A DNA stretch of 64,000 nt, from contig CBFDEM010000061.1 in assembly GCA_965603825.1 (NCBI GenBank), positions 234,073 to 298,072 on the forward strand, read 5' to 3'. The notes under the pieces were generated by a model. That model was given only the letters and a program-made list of their open reading frames with translations, was not told where the DNA came from and ran no database searches. The first letter of the stretch is position 1. The number at the start of each line of letters is the position of its first letter. This DNA comes from Blepharisma stoltei ATCC 30299 (taxonomy: Eukaryota; Protista; Ciliophora). Below are positions 1 through 15,316 of this stretch, piece after piece. Both the position numbers and the translations under genes were made by a program.

Positions 1-3000
1 AATGCAGCTTGTGCATTCTCCATCAAATGTGGTGCATGAGTAGCATTCTTTATCCCTGCAAAGCACACATGCTAAATCGCTAACACATCCATGTACGCAG
101 CTTGTCAGGCATTGTTTGCAGCTGTCTGGATACTCATTTAATGCACAGTTACTTAAACATTGAAGACTTGAAGGGCAAGAAGCACAGCCAGTGTTGCATG
201 AAGAGGTTGCATAGTCATCTGTCTGATAAGTATAAGAGTTATATATCATTACTCTAGCTATAAACCCATAGTGTCCTGATGCTACATGATTTTCATCATT
301 TCCTATATAAAGAGTCCCTGAAATGGTATCTTTAAAATAAATTAAAGCAGAAGTGGTAATATAATTAATCAAGGTTGCGTTTATATAGAGGTTTAAAGTA
401 GTTTTGCCGTCAGTTTGAACTTGTCCTGTAAAGCTTAAAAAATTCCAATTATTAATAATACTTGAGGAGGCTGATAAAGTAGTTAATGACGAGTCTGAAA
501 AATATATAGAAAGCTGAGGGTATCCTGATGAGTCTATAATTACTTTTAAAATTTCTGATGAAGTATATTTAGTCATAAGAATCCCAGCTCCCAATGGCTT
601 AGCCCATATAGAAATTGAGAAAGATGGTGATATCATGACTGTAGAATGGATATAGTCGTTTAGGTGAAAATAATAGCCTCGCTTATAAGAAGGAATCGGG
701 TCATTTGTATCAGATCAATTAGGATAAACATTTGCGCTCACAGAGCCTATGCTAAAACTAGAAACAGTGTCAAGATGGACCTGATCTGTTAAATCAAGAC
801 TGATAGCTAAATTTGTTGAAAAATCGCAAGCATTTGTACCTGAGTTTGCAGTATACCCAGTTGGGCACTCACTTAAGCATTGTCCAGTTAAAGAAAAGAA
901 ATAAAATCCAGAAAAGCATGAGGTGCATTTTTGATAGGTTATATCAGTGCAATCTGAACATCCACTTGAGCATGCCAAGCATGAGAATCCATCTGATGAA
1001 ACTATATATCCAGAATTGCAGACACATGCATTAGGAGCTCCACTTGCATTAGTTACACATTGAGTGCATTTGCCTGAGCCAAATCCTGTGCAAATCGAGC
1101 ATAAAACATCATCACAAAGATTACATGTTCCTGATCTGACGCATCCTTTGCTGCAGGAATTGCAAGATAAGTAAGAAGATCCATCATAATAATTTGACAA
1201 ATCACAATTTCATAAGCAAGTGTCACAAAATGTAATCATATAACTGTAAAAATTATTAATAGGCACATTCCACAGCTGAAAATTATTAATAAACCCAACA
1301 AAGCCAGAAGAGCTGCTTTTCCCAATCATTAAGTTTGTTGAAGTGACGTCTCTATAAATATAATTTGAAATACTTAAGCTTTGATCCATTGAGCTAAAAT
1401 AGAAGTCTGTTATAGTTGTGGCATCAGAGGTGTATTCAAAAGTTATTGACAAATAGCTTCAGCCCCCTGAAGCCAATGTAGATGGTGCTGATAAAGCTTG
1501 AGTTGATAATGCTTGCGTAGGGTCTTCCATAACAGCTGTTATACTTCCAGTTGAAGATAAAATAAGCCTTGCTTCTTTTTCTAGTATATCACCATCAGTT
1601 ATTACATATATTCATAGCCCAATAGAAAAACTATGAGAAAGATAAACAGATATTGAGGATAATAAGTAGGTGGCCCCATTAAAATATAGACCTCTATCAT
1701 ATGCAGGAATAGGATCGACAGATTCAGGATTTGCAAAGGGCTGGTATGTGCTTGATGACGTTCCAGTGGTAAAAATTCCATAAGAACCTTGGAAATCAGT
1801 ATTCAGAGACTGATCAATCACTGGAGTTGAGACTAAAGTACAGGAAGCCCCATAGCCATATGGGCAGTCATTCAAACATATGCTCCCTACCAATTGTTTC
1901 CCTGAAATGCAAGTACTACACTCAAAATAAGTCGTTTGTGTGCATACAGAACAAAGTGCATCACATAAATCACAATTAGCTGTATTAGAGTTTCAAATAG
2001 CGCTTGTCATGCATTGGCAGCCTCCTGTTCCATCAGCTTCTGCATTAGTGATGCAGCTTGAGCAAGACCCAGAAAAAGAGGTGCACTCATAGCACTGCTC
2101 TGTTTTACATAATCTACAAGTGTTGCTATGTCTGCATCCCTTTGTACAAGTTCCCATACAATCTACACAGGCTGAACCATCGTAATATTGTGATAAAGGG
2201 CAGGTATCTGGACAATTATAATCACTAGGGCAACTCAAGCATGGAGAGGTACAACTTGATGTCGAATAGTCACTAAGTTTCAAAGTTTCTGAATTATAAA
2301 TATTTATATCATATAAAAAACCTGTGAAACCACTGTTTAAACTTGATTTTGTTCCAATATAAAGAGTTCCTAAACTGAGATCCTGAAAATAAACTTGGCT
2401 TACTGATGAGCCTGTATCTATTGGTATCGAATTAAAATATGAGCTTATTGTTGTTACATAGCCTGTATCGATTATTCCTGTAAATGCAATAAAGTTTCAG
2501 CCATTCAATACACTTGATGATAAAGCTACAGATAGTGCTGAGGAGTCGCTTAAAGTAATTGAAAGTTGAGGGTACTCAGAACTTAAAATTTCAAAGCAAA
2601 ATATTTCGCCCCCAGAAACAGTTTTAGAGACTATTGTGCCTGCAGAAGTTGGATAAATTCAAACAGAAATAGAAAAATATGGTCCAATCACTGTGTTGGT
2701 TGTGAGATAAGTAGTGCCAGTAAAATAGTATCCTCTTAAATAGGCTGGGTATGGATCGTTAGTATCATAATTCGGATAAGTGTTTGTATTAGAAGATCCA
2801 ACTGAAATTCCTGAAATTGAATCAAGCACTATTTTGTCATAAAAAATTATACTTAATCCAATATTTGAAGAAAAAACACAAGTTTTTGTATATGAGTTTT
2901 CGGTGTAACCTGTAGGACAGCTTGAAAGGCAAAAATTGCTATTATAAAAATAAGAGCTAGAGGTGCAGGAAGTGCATAAATAGTAAGATGAGCCAGTACA

Positions 3001-5055
3001 ATGAGCGCATCCCGCATAACAAGCTGAGCATAAAGCTTGATTTGCATCAGGCTGGTAAAATCCAGAATTACATGAGCATGGAGACCCAGAAGCATTAGAA
3101 ATACACGAAGTGCAAGCTCCTGACCAAAATGAGGAGCATTGAGCGCATAAAAAATCGTCACAAATATAGCAAGAGGTTCCTCTAGTACAGCCAATTGTGC
3201 AAGAGCCTAAGCATGGCTGACATACAGATCCATCATAATAGTGAGAATAGTCACACGGCCATAAAGTTGATAATGAACCTCCTGTCAGTGTATTTATGCT
3301 ATAAGAAGAAGAAAAATCGCTAATTTCAACTTGTCAAAGTATAAAATAAGCAATAAACCCGCTAAAATTTGTTGAACCTTTGCCAATATATAATACTCCT
3401 CCTGATGGCAATCTGAAAACATAATCTGTAACAGTTACTGCTGTTCCAGCTATATTATTAAGGTAAGGAATTACTGTAGTCACTTTATTGGAAAACCCGA
3501 TTGAATAAGAAATGTAGCTTCATACATTTGAAGTTATAGATTGTGAAGCTGAGTAGCTTGTAGACGTTCCATCCCACTTTTCTAAGTAAAAATTAATTCC
3601 GGTAGAACCAATATTAAGTTTATTTGAGCTATGACCTATAATTGTCCCAGAGTTAACTAGCACCCATAGGCTCATACTTCAAGTGTTAGAAAGATTTATA
3701 GACCCACTTAAATATTGGTTGGAATTGAAATAAAAACCTCTGCATTTTGCAGGGAATGGATCAGATGATTCTGGAGAATTCCAATAATTATAGCTTGAAG
3801 AACCTGTGGCAGTAGTCAAAGCTGTTCCATAGCTTCCTGCAAATGAGCCTGTAAAATCAGCAGTCAAAACGGCTGTAGAAACAGCTGTACAACTTCCGAA
3901 TCCATATGGGCATGCATATAGGCAAATTCCTCCAATTAAAACTTTTCCACTAATACATGCAGTATTTGTCCAGGTTTGGGTGCAAGTTGCACCAAAATAA
4001 TCACAGCATCCTGGAACTATTCCTGTAGTGCATGCTGTACACATTGATAAAGAGTATCCATAACAAGAACTGCAATCAGGAGAATAACAAATATCACAAC
4101 TTGAGCCTCTAACGCACCAAGGCCAAGTGGGACATCCCGAGCCACAGTTTTGGCAAGCAGACCCATCTCAATATTGATTATCAACACAATCAATAGTACT
4201 ACTCATTGTCCCATAATTTCGATTTGTATCAGATCTTGCCTGAAGTCAATAAATGAACCCTCTAAAAGAGTTTCCTCCGCTCAAATTCCCAAAAGTCCAC
4301 GTATACGTTGCTGTACCTGAAAATTTTGCTTCAGTGCTGCTTGAGGTTGTTGTTCCAACATTAGACCCATTTATATAAAAATTTATGGTTGCTTCAGAGC
4401 ATGAAGATTGATTTAGAATTATTGATGCTTGATGTCATGACGAGATATAGCTTGAAGTGCTAGCTCCAGATATAGAAATTGAGCCACTGCTTGTATTATA
4501 GACAATTGCACTAAACATATAAACACCAGAGGAATCTGTCCATATCCTTATATATGAGCTCGAGCTCAAAAGGACGTTTAAAATTTCTCCACTGTCTAAA
4601 GGCTTAATCCATAAATTTAATGTGAAATACAAAGCAGGAACATGACTTTGATTACTAGTGATACTTGAAGTCGTAGCGAAATAAAAGCCACGATCGACTG
4701 TTGGGAGAGGAGAATTTTGAGTTGCTGAATTATATGAAATTGATCCTGGATTTTCGAAGTGCTCAGAAGCAGATGTGGAACTTGCAATATATGTGGCAGT
4801 CAAATCTTGAATGTTTAAAAATTCTAGTGTGAATAAAATTGCATTGTTACTATTGGGCATGCTGCATGAATAGCCAAATCCATAATTTGCATTTGAGCCA
4901 AATAGTGAAGGGCATGAATTCACACATACTTTACTATCAGCTAGGTAGTATGAGTTTGAGCATTTGCATGTAAAATATAAATCGCTACTGTTAGATGGGC
5001 AGCAACAGTAGGTCAACAATATTTTGGTGAAAGAAACTAAAGCAAATATCATCAT
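1..5055 (-). CDS. G1: giant modular LamG-like/Cys-rich surface receptor, 3'-partial (at least 1685 aa, at least 5 modules), UGA=Trp
   Basis: Track ORFs 4435-5055, 3679-4044, 1993-2283, 1612-1893, 1210-1452 and 715-1200 share one frame and each ends in TGA where paralogs have Trp. Signal peptide MMIFALVSFTKILLTYC. RG[FLY]YF module motifs at ~4685, 3735, 2730, 1690 and 680. The frame runs off the window start. Confidence 0.88.
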
Positions 5056-6083
5056 GTTTTAATGTATAAATGGAAATTCTCCCTCTAAAATTTTCAATTA
5101 ATTTGAATCATAATCCATAGCAAGACTTAGAATTGTTAATTTTTAAAGGCCAAAATAATCTCCTCTTTTGTTAATCCATTATTAATACTAATGAACAAAA
5201 TTTTATATTACAATGTGTAAGTTTGATTTGATTTAAGTTAAGAAAAAACTTCACGTTTCGATTTTATTCTAAAATAGCTAGGCTTTATTTGACTGGAATA
5301 AAATAATCATTGAATCTTTTTAACTGATATAAGCTAAGTTTTATTTGAGGTGTAGTAATATTTTGTGATAAAATGACTTTCATCTTTGATTTTATAATTC
5401 TCTTAAACATTTTAAAATTAGAATATTATCTATGCAATTTAATCTATTTTCCCTTTAATTGTTTTTCCATTCCTTTGATTAGTGGGTGGAACATTAAGAT
5501 ATTTGCATTTTGTCTCTTGATATTATTAACCTAGATATTCCTGATCGTGGGAAAAAGGAGTGCCATTTTATAATATTTCGAAGCATTTATGATTGAATTT
5601 AAGAAAGATGCTTTAGCTCAAATTTCTAATGAATTATAAAAATTATTTTACTTTGGTGTGTTTAAGACTACATCGATACCTGAAACATTGCGGATGTTTT
5701 GAACTTAAGGTCTGATTTAGATTATTTGATTTCTTCTATGGTAATTAGGCCTTTTGAGAACTAGAGAGCTCAAAGGCACCATAAATTTGAAATTTATGCT
5801 AATTACCATCTAACCTGAATCAAACAAAATCTCTCATCCTCCCCTCTTTAAATTAAACTTCCTATAACAATCAACATTTACGTGACCTATTAAATATGCA
5901 AAGGTGTGTTCCTAAACTAGAATAATTTGGTTTGGAGCTATATAAAACAAAAGCAACGTACTTTATTATTTACATCATCGAATTTAATTCATCTTTAATA
6001 TTTAACTAAATTTCTTTAGCAATAAATTATGTATCTTCTTATAATTATGCTGTAATCGAATTACTCAATACAGAATAATTCAA

Positions 6084-9000
6084 TTATTTTTCGATTTTTT
6101 TATGGCTATCATTCAAAGGTTGAATACTATTTCTCATAATCCCTGCTTTGGTCAGCTTATGATGGATAACACCATACAGAGTTCTTGCAAAAATCGCGAT
6201 TGAAGAAAAAGATTGAATGATCATAACTCCTATCACAATAGCTACAATGGCGTTTTCAAATGTCGAGGTAATTTCTTGCTCTAAATTAAATAAATAAATT
6301 GATGTCGAGCTCATAACTAAGCAAATCATAATTTCAGTCAATAAATTGTTTATTTGCAAAACTGGGTCCTCAAAAGGCCAGAAAAAGATCAGATGCAAAA
6401 TAGTCATTAAGGAAAGAACAATATTTATGGTGACTTCAGTTTGCGGATATTCCCTCAAAAATACCAAATTTATTATATAGATGAATCTCCTTATAAAGAA
6501 CACGAAGTAATACTGTGTTGCAAGGAGGCCTCTATCAACTCTGAACTCATAAAAGAAGGAACTAAATAACTCTGTGAAGCTCTTTTCTCTTGACTGGATC
6601 CGATTTTTATTTTTATAAGAGAACCAGAAATATCCTGGTGGAGTTATAACTAGTAGTATATAAATTGCTAAGCATATAATAAAATTGATAATTTGTGTGA
6701 AATTGTTAAACCCAAAAGTAATTAGGCCAATACTAGCTGCAGCTCCTAGTTCAAGGTAGCACTGGATTCAAAATCTCAGATAAAATCCAAACTGATAAAC
6801 TTTTACTGTTTTCATAAACTTTTTACCAATTCACCTAAATGAGCATCGTGAAAAAAAGAAAACTACAGGCAGAGCAGTTAATGATGCAACTATTATTGTA
6901 AAATCATTGCCTTGCGTTATTAAAATCAAATCAGTATCAAACCCAAAATCTTGTGCTTGAGAATATGGAGCATTTCCTTCATTTTTATCAATTATATATA
7001 TAAAAATATTTGGAAATAAATTGAAGGAATTCAAATTATTCAAAAACGAGCTCATTTTGGATGACAGTGGAATTCCTGATAAAGTCAAGTAACTCAGAAT
7101 TTGTAAGCTGTTTATCATACTTCATAAAGAACTAGGGCTTGGATTTACAATTGATAAGGCAACAGCTCCAGAAATAGCAACTTGAACCCCAGCTGCTGCT
7201 TTAGAAGTAATTGCCTCAACTGCCGGAGAGTATGGAGCTGGATCATAAGAATTAAGTGATATAGAAATATCTGAAGAATTTAAAACGCCGTTTGATATTG
7301 ATTTTATGTCTGTTAAGTTTGAGAATTCTAAAGTAGTTAATGTGCCTTTAGATATTTCTTTAGATATAACTAGAGAAATATAATAGCAAGTGCTATTCAT
7401 CTCCTCAATTTTAAATGAAGCTTCTCCTTGTTTTTGAATTTTGATAGTAAAGTCATTTGCAGAGAGACTGTTAGCAAGGATATCTGAAAAAATAAGGTAA
7501 AGTGAATTATCTGAAAAAGCAGTCAACTTCGCTGAAAAGGGAACTAATATGCAGTTTTCAGCCCCATTGTAACCTAAATCACAATAGCATAGATCATTTT
7601 TAAGGCTGGCATTTTCTACACAAGAATTGCACTTTGTAGAGGATTCACAATAAGTGCAGAAGCTTGGACATGGATACAATTTCCCATCAGGACCTCTAAA
7701 TCCGCCTGCTTCCACAGGAATACAAGAATTGCTATTAGAAGTGTCAAGCACATAGTTTATATCACAAATACAAGAACTAGGATTGATAGCGTTTTCTATA
7801 CATTTAGAGCAGCCAGTAGATGAATAATCATTGCAAGAATCGCATAATAAATTATCGCAAAGAGAACAAGTAGACCTTCAGTCTCTGCAGGTTTCTTTGC
7901 ATTTTACGTTGCACTGATAGCATTTATTATAGGCTGGTCCAGCTCAATATTCATTTATTTTGCAATTCGGAATGCATTTTTGGTCTGTTGGGCACACACT
8001 GCAGCTTTCAGTACAAGAGGTCGTGGAAAGGCTTGACATAGACTTTAGTGAATTAAATATCTGTATACTATAAAGAAAGCCTTGATAAAAATTATAAGTT
8101 GATGATGAACTAAGCTGAGCGCCTATAGACATTATTGTGTGAGGACCTTTATCCTGGAAAATCCCATATATTGAGTTTCCGAGCGCGTCAGATAATCCAT
8201 TTATATAACAAGACAGTTTACTGTAACTGTTTTGAGTCAATTCTAATGTAAATACTACATGACTCCATTCGTAATTATTGAGAAGTCTATCAGCCATATA
8301 AAAAATTTGGAATGAGCTTAAGGTAAATGAAATCGAAATTTTGCTGCCCATCAATGAGATGGAGTAAAGCGTTGAATAACTATCAGAAATGTTATGCTTT
8401 GATAATAGAGTGCCATATGAAGTCTCAGTATTTAATCATATAGAAATCGTAAAGGTAGAGGGAATTATAAGTCTTGGTGATGCATAATTTGAATATTCTG
8501 GCATCCTTAAAATAGAAGATTTGCCGTTAAAATAAAATCCTCTTAAGTAAGCAGGTATAGGGTCATCAGGTTCATAATTTGGATAAAATTGGTTAGTTGA
8601 TCCAGTTATAACAGGAATTGAGTTTACCTTATCATAAATTACTCCATTCAGAGTATTCAGATCCAAGTCAAAAATTTTTTCTTGAACTAATACACAACTA
8701 CTTCCAGAAGGTGAATATCCTAACGGGCAGCTATTTACACAAATTCCTGATACATTATAAAATCCATTAGAGCACGTCAGACAGTCTAACGAAGTTGATG
8801 ATGCACAAGTTTTACAAGAAACATCACAAGAGCCACAGTTTTCATTGGTGCTATCCCAAAAGTATCCAGAATTGCATTGGCAACTTGCTCCGCTTAAGCT
8901 TGCATGCGTTTTGCAGGTAATGCATACACTTGTATAGTCATCACATACTTCACATAGCATATCTTGGCAGAGATTACAACTTTTATCAACTCTTGCACAG

Positions 9001-12000
9001 CCTTTAGCTAAGCATCCAGATGAGCATGTGACACAGCTGTTGCCATTTCAGTATTTATCTATATCACAACTATCCAAGCAAGTATTGGAATTATCTATTG
9101 GACATAGAGAGCACCCACTACAAGTGCTTGATGCTAAACTACTAACTGCTATTAGCGCATTATAAATTTTGAGATCTCAGAGAAATCCACTGAAAAATGA
9201 CGTTAAGATTGAAGAGCTAATATAGCCTGCTCCAATAGTCATCAAAAACGAAGCACCTAAATCACTTAGCCAGCTTGGGTCTAGATCGCTGGATGTATCG
9301 ATCATTCCATTTCTAGATAAACTAATAATTTGTTGTGGATTAGTACTTATGCCTGAGCTTGCTGATATGAAATTTCATTGAGAAAGGGCAGCTTCTAATG
9401 ATGGATTAGTACTTGTAAAAGTTTTTGTATTAGAATTTTTTAAAGTTAAAGTAAGTGAAGGGGCTTTGTTTATCAATTCCAAACTAATATGTTTTTTAAA
9501 AAGACCACTATCGGCTTGCTTGGAAAAGATTACTCCTGTATTTGAAATTGGCTTTATTCATGCTGACATAACAAATTTTGGCGAAAATGTGAGCAATGAT
9601 GAAGTGGTGCCTGCATAAGGAGGCAGCCTCATATAAGATGAACCAGAGAAATAATAACCTCTATAAATGGCTGCTATAGGATCAGTTGAATCATAATCAG
9701 GATAAAATTTGTTATCTTTGCCTGTTAATACCTGAATATTTGACTTCAAATCAGTGATGATGTCTTTTATTTGATGAGGCATCAAGTTAAATACAAAAGA
9801 ATTTGAATAATTCGGGTCTCTATCGCAGTTACCACCATTTATAATATACCCAGTAGGACAAAATGGCATGCAGAATGATTGTATTAGATAGTGGCTGGAA
9901 ATGCATGTGAGGCAGCCATTATAGTTTGGAGTTGAGCATGCAGAGCACATTGCATCGCAAAGTTCACAGCTCTCAGTATCTGAATCTCATACAGCATTTG
10001 CAACACATACACAATGATTACTTACTTTATGAGCGTTTGCAATACAACTTGTACATTCTCCTGTAAAAGTCGTGCATGATTGGCATTCTTTATCTCTGCA
10101 AAGTCTGCACGTTAAGTCACTAACGCATCCTTCGCTGCAGCCAGTCTTGCAAGTATTGCAGCTGTCTGGATACTCATTTACTGCACAGTCGCTTAAACAC
10201 TGGTGGTTTGAAGGGCAAGTAGAACAGCCAGATGTGCAAGAAGATGTTGCGTAGTCGTCAGATTTATAACTATGAGAGTTATATATCATTAATCTTCCTA
10301 AAAATCCATATAGTCCTGAAGTCCCAAAAGTTTCATCATTTCCAACATACAGCATTCCTGCATTAGTATCTTTAAAATAAGTGAAAGCTGTTGAAATGAT
10401 AGAACTTGGAGATGCTCCATTATCAATATAAAGTTTTAAAATTGATTTTCCATCATCTTGGATATTGCACGTAAAACTTAAAAAATGCCAGCTTAATGTA
10501 ATACTTGTGGAGGTAGTTAGAGTTTGGGTTGATGAGTCAGCAAACACAATTGAAAGCGCTGGAAATCCTGACGAGTTGATCTCAATTTTGAGAATCTCAG
10601 TAGTAGTAATATATTTAGTCATCAAAGTTCCATGATTTAGAGGTTTAGTTCATAGAGAAATAGTGAATGATGGAGCTATCATGACTGTAGAGGATAAATA
10701 ATCACTCATGTAAAAATAATACCCTCTTTTATAAGAAGGTATAGGATCATTCAAATCAGTTGATGTTAACCCACTATAAGTATTTGTATTAGAATTCCCT
10801 ACATTAAAGCCAGAAACGGTATCCAGCCTAACCTGGTCTGTTAAATCAAGACTAATCCCAAATTTTGACACAAAATCGCAAGTTTTTCCCCCTGTATTTT
10901 GTGTATATCCAGATGGGCACTCATCTAAGCACTGTCCAGTATTAGCAAAGAAATATCCAGAACTGCATGCTGTACATTTATTATAGGTCACAGCCAAGCA
11001 TAAAGAACACCCACTGAAGCAAGAAGCACATGATAAACCATCAGTGGATCTTCCAAACCCAGCATTGCATAGGCAAAGCCCTGACGATAAAGTTACACTG
11101 GGATCACATTGAGTGCATTTACTTGAATCAAATCCTGTGCAAGTTATGCATAATGAATCGTCACAAATATTACAAGTACTAGCTCGCCTGCATCCATAGG
11201 TACAGGAATTGCAAGCAGAGATAGCTCCATTTATATATGAAGAAATATCGCAGGCTCATAAACAAGATGCTCCCTGCCCTGATTCACAAAATGTAAAACT
11301 GCTGATAATTGCTGGAAATCCTGTAATTGCAGTATTTCATAGCTGAAAATAATAAATAAAGCCCACAAATCCAGGATTGTTGCTTTTGCCGAGTATTAGA
11401 GAGGTCAGTGCCTGGTCTCTGTAAATCATTTTTGTTAAACTGCTTGCTGAACTTGAAACTCCATTTATATAAATTGATAGGGCTGTGTTCCCTAGTGAAT
11501 ATTCAAAAGTGACTGATAGATAAGCCCACCCAGTAAATGACGAGCTAAGTGTTAATGCCTGAGAAGATGTTGCCTGAGCTGGATCTGTCATTGTAACAGC
11601 TATAGAGCCTGTAGAAGTCAGCGTTAAAAAAGTTTGTTTTTGCAATAAATCACCATTTGTAATTACATATAACCATACTCCGATTGAAAAACTATGAGAA
11701 AGATAAACAGTTGTTGAGGATAATAAATACATATTTCCATCAAAATATAAGCCTCGCTTATATGCAGGAATTGGGTCAACACTTTCAGGGCTGTTGGAAA
11801 ACTGAAAAGTCGCTGCACTTGTCCCTGTTGTAAAAATTCCATAAGACCCTTGAAAATCTTCATCAAAAGACTGATCAATCACTGTAGTCGTTACTACTGA
11901 GCAAGAAGTACTGTAAGGACACTCATCTAGACACACAGTTCCTGCTAGTTGATAGCCTCCTAGACAAGCTGAGCATTCAAAATATGCTGTTTTTAAGCAA

Positions 12001-15000
12001 GTCGAGCAAAGAGCATCACAAAGCTCACATGTTTCACTTGAAGACACTCAGAAAGCATTAGAAGCACAAGTGCAGCCTCCATTCCCATCGCTAACAGCAT
12101 TTGTAATGCAAGTTAGGCATGAATTAGCACCTGTAAACTCAGTGCATGTAGCGCATTCTTTAGTCTTGCAAAGGTTACAAGAATCAGCGTTTCTGCATCC
12201 TTTATTGCATGCACTTATGCAACTCGCACAAGGAGAGCCATCATAATATTGAGATAATGGGCAATTATCTGGGCAAGTTAAATCTATAGGACATTTTGTG
12301 CAGCTGCCTGAGCATCCAACAGTTTGTCAGTCATCCAATGCATGATTACTCTGGCAGTAAATCTTTAGTTCCCACAAAAACCCAATAAACCCACCACTGT
12401 AAAGCCCGATATAAAAGTTTCCTGTCTTGCTGTCTAACAAATAAAGTGGACTTAAAGATGTAGAAGTAGCTTGAGAAGCAGAATCAATATAAGAACTTAT
12501 TGTTGTTGTCCCGCCAGAATTAACTTTACAGTCAAATGATACAAAAACTCAGCTATTAAGCACATTTGAGGGTCCTATTACTGAAACGGTGCTTGAAGCA
12601 TCCATTAAGAGAAGTGACAGTTTTGGATACCCTGATGATAAAATTTGAACAAATCACTGGGTTGTTGATACATATTTTGTTATAACCATACCACTTGCTG
12701 TAGCCTTTATTCATAGAGATATTGAAAAATTTGGAGCAAGCATAAACATTGTAGTTAGATAACTATTGGAATTAAAATAGTAGCCTCTGAGATATGCTGG
12801 AACTGGATCATTCGAATCATAAGTAGGATAAGCATTAGAAAATGAAGATCCTACTTGCTTTCCTGACAGTTGATCAAGTAGTATTTGATTGCTAAAAGAT
12901 AAGCTAAGTGCCGTTACTGATGACAAATCACAGTTACCTGTGCCTGTATTTTTTGTATATCCTATAGGGCAATCTGGAAGACACATTTTACTGTTATAAA
13001 AAAAGGAACTAGAGCTACAGGAGGTGCATAAATAATAATATGAGCCTGTGCAATGAGCACATCCTGAATAGCAAGCTGAGCATAAAGCTTGGTTTGCGTC
13101 AGGTTGGTAAAATCCAGAATTGCAAGAGCATGGGGATCCAGAAGCATTAGGAATGCATAAAGTGCAAGCCCCCGACCAAAATGATGAGCATTCAGCACAT
13201 AAAAAATCATCACAAATATAGCAAGATGTTCCTCGAGTACAACCATTTGTGCAGGATGAATCTAAGCATGTTTTGCAGACTGATCCATCATAATAATACA
13301 AATAATCACATGACCAAAAAGCTGATACTGAGCCTCCTGTCAATGTATTGATACTATAATAAGCAGAAAAATCACTGACTGTCACCTGCCAAAGGATAAA
13401 GTAAGCTATAAATCCATTGAAATTTGGTGAGCCTTTGCCGACGTATAGCGTTCCACCGGAAGGTAGTCGGAATATATAATCTGTTACAGTTGTTGGAGTT
13501 CCAGCAATCTTGTTAAGACACGGAGTCATAGTTGAGGCTTTATTTGCAAACCCAAATGAATAGGAAATATATGTCCATGTATAAGAAGTTAAAGCCTGCG
13601 AAACTGAGTAGCTTGTAAGGGAAGATGAACCATCCCATTTTTCTAAGTAAAAAGTTGCAGCTCCACTAGAATCAATAATAAGCTTATTTGTACTATGACT
13701 AATTATTGTCCCAGATATTGCATAAACCCAGATCGCCATACTCCAAGTGTTAGACAAATTTATGGATCCGCTCAAAAATTGATTAGAGTCAAAATAAAGC
13801 CCTCTATTTTTAGCTGGCTTTGGATCAGAAGACTCTGGAGAATTCCAATAGTTATAACTCGAAGAACTTGTAGCCGTAATCAAAGCTGTTCCATAACTTC
13901 CTGCAAAGGCCCCTGTAAAATCAGCAGTTAAAACAGCTGTACTAACAGCTGCACAATTTCCAAAACCATACGGGCATGCATATAAGCAAGCATCCCCAAC
14001 CAAAAAATTTCCAGTACTACACCCTGTATTTGTCCAAGTTTGTGAGCAAGCTGTCCCTAAATAGTCACAGCAATTAGGAACTACACCTGTATTACAATTA
14101 ATGCATGTTAATGGAGGATATCCCTTGCAAGTAATACAATCAAGGACATTGCAAGTGATACAGTCGGTTCCTCTAATACACCAAGGCCAAGTTTGACAAC
14201 TTGGGCTGCAGTTTTGGCAAGAAGAGCCATCTCAATATTCGTTATCAACACAATTAATAGTAGCAGTCAAAGCAGCAGTGCTCTGAACACAATCTGCTCT
14301 TGCTTGAAGCCAATAAATAAACCCTCTGAAAGAATTTCCACTACCTGTATTTCCAATATTCCATGTATAGGTTAGCTTTGGAACCCTTACTTCAGTATTG
14401 CTGAAGTCTGTACTCCCGACATTGCTTCCATTAATGTAAAAAGAAATATTAACTGTATCGCAGTCGAGCTGATTAATAATCATGGAAGCAGTATGCCATG
14501 AAGATGTAAAGCTAGAAGTGGAAACTGCAGTTCTTGAGGCTTGACTGTTATTTGAATCGTAAACATATATTGTGAATTTATACACACCTGAGGCATCAGC
14601 CCATATCCTTATATACGAATCTGGACTAAAAATAACATTTAAAATTTCCCCATTAGCAAGAGGCTTAATTCATAAATTTAAAGTAAAATAGCACCCAGGA
14701 ATAAAACCTTTACTATTCGCGATACTTGAAGTAGTAGCAAAGTAAAAGCCACGGTCAATAGTTGGAAGTGGGGAATTTTGTGTGGGAGAACTATATGAAA
14801 TGGAGCCTGGGTTTTGGAAAATAGTAGTTGAATCAGTTGAACTCACTATCTGAGCAGCAGTTAAATCCTTGATGCTTGAAAACTGTAAATCGAAAATAAT
14901 CGCGCTTGTTCCACTTGGCGGGTAACATCAGGCAACAATACCACTTCTCTTAGCATAAGTGAATTGCGAAGGACATACATCAATACCTGTGCATACTTTG

Positions 15001-15113
15001 CCATCCTGTATCTTTGAATGAAGACAGTAAGGAAGCCCAATTATATTTCCACCATCATAAGGACAAGCGAGAGTCAACAAAAATTTGGCGATAAAAATAA
15101 GAACAGTTTTCAT
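6084..15113 (-). CDS. G2: ~3009-aa receptor-like membrane protein (signal peptide, 7 LamG-like/Cys-rich modules, stalk, ~9-TM FLC/Pkd2-like domain)
   Basis: Twelve track ORFs from 14928-15113 to 6084-6503 share one frame. Internal breaks are TGA and the terminator is TAA at 6084-6086. Length 9030 nt is 3010 codons. Module motifs at ~14745, 13800, 12780, 11750, 10720, 9655 and 8535. Confidence 0.9.
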
Positions 15114-15243
15114 TATGTTTATAGATTATGTTAATTTGAAACATTTCAATTTATAAGGAAAGTTTAATTTATTTGCTTGCAAACAATCAATAAAAGCTTC
15201 TACTAGTTTACTATAAATCCCACTTAAGAGTATTTGCTAGTTG

Positions 15244-15316
15244 CCGGCAGAGATTTAGCATATGAAAGCTAAAATACACTATTGCCATATTCTGCCGGGT
15301 GTTGGAAAGCATCCAA
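15244..15316. other. Nested inverted repeats (possible structured RNA or DNA element) upstream of G2
   Basis: CCGGCAGA (15244-15251) / TCTGCCGG (15291-15298) encloses TTTAGC (15254-15259) / GCTAAA (15268-15273). It is followed by TTGGA (15302-15306) / TCCAA (15312-15316). Confidence 0.35.

Noticed and set aside
6084-7600. Adhesion GPCR or canonical polycystin-1 (GAIN/GPS, PLAT)
   Set aside because: There is no Cys/Trp-containing GPS motif with HL[TS] before the first TM, no PLAT-sized loop, and about nine rather than seven hydrophobic segments.
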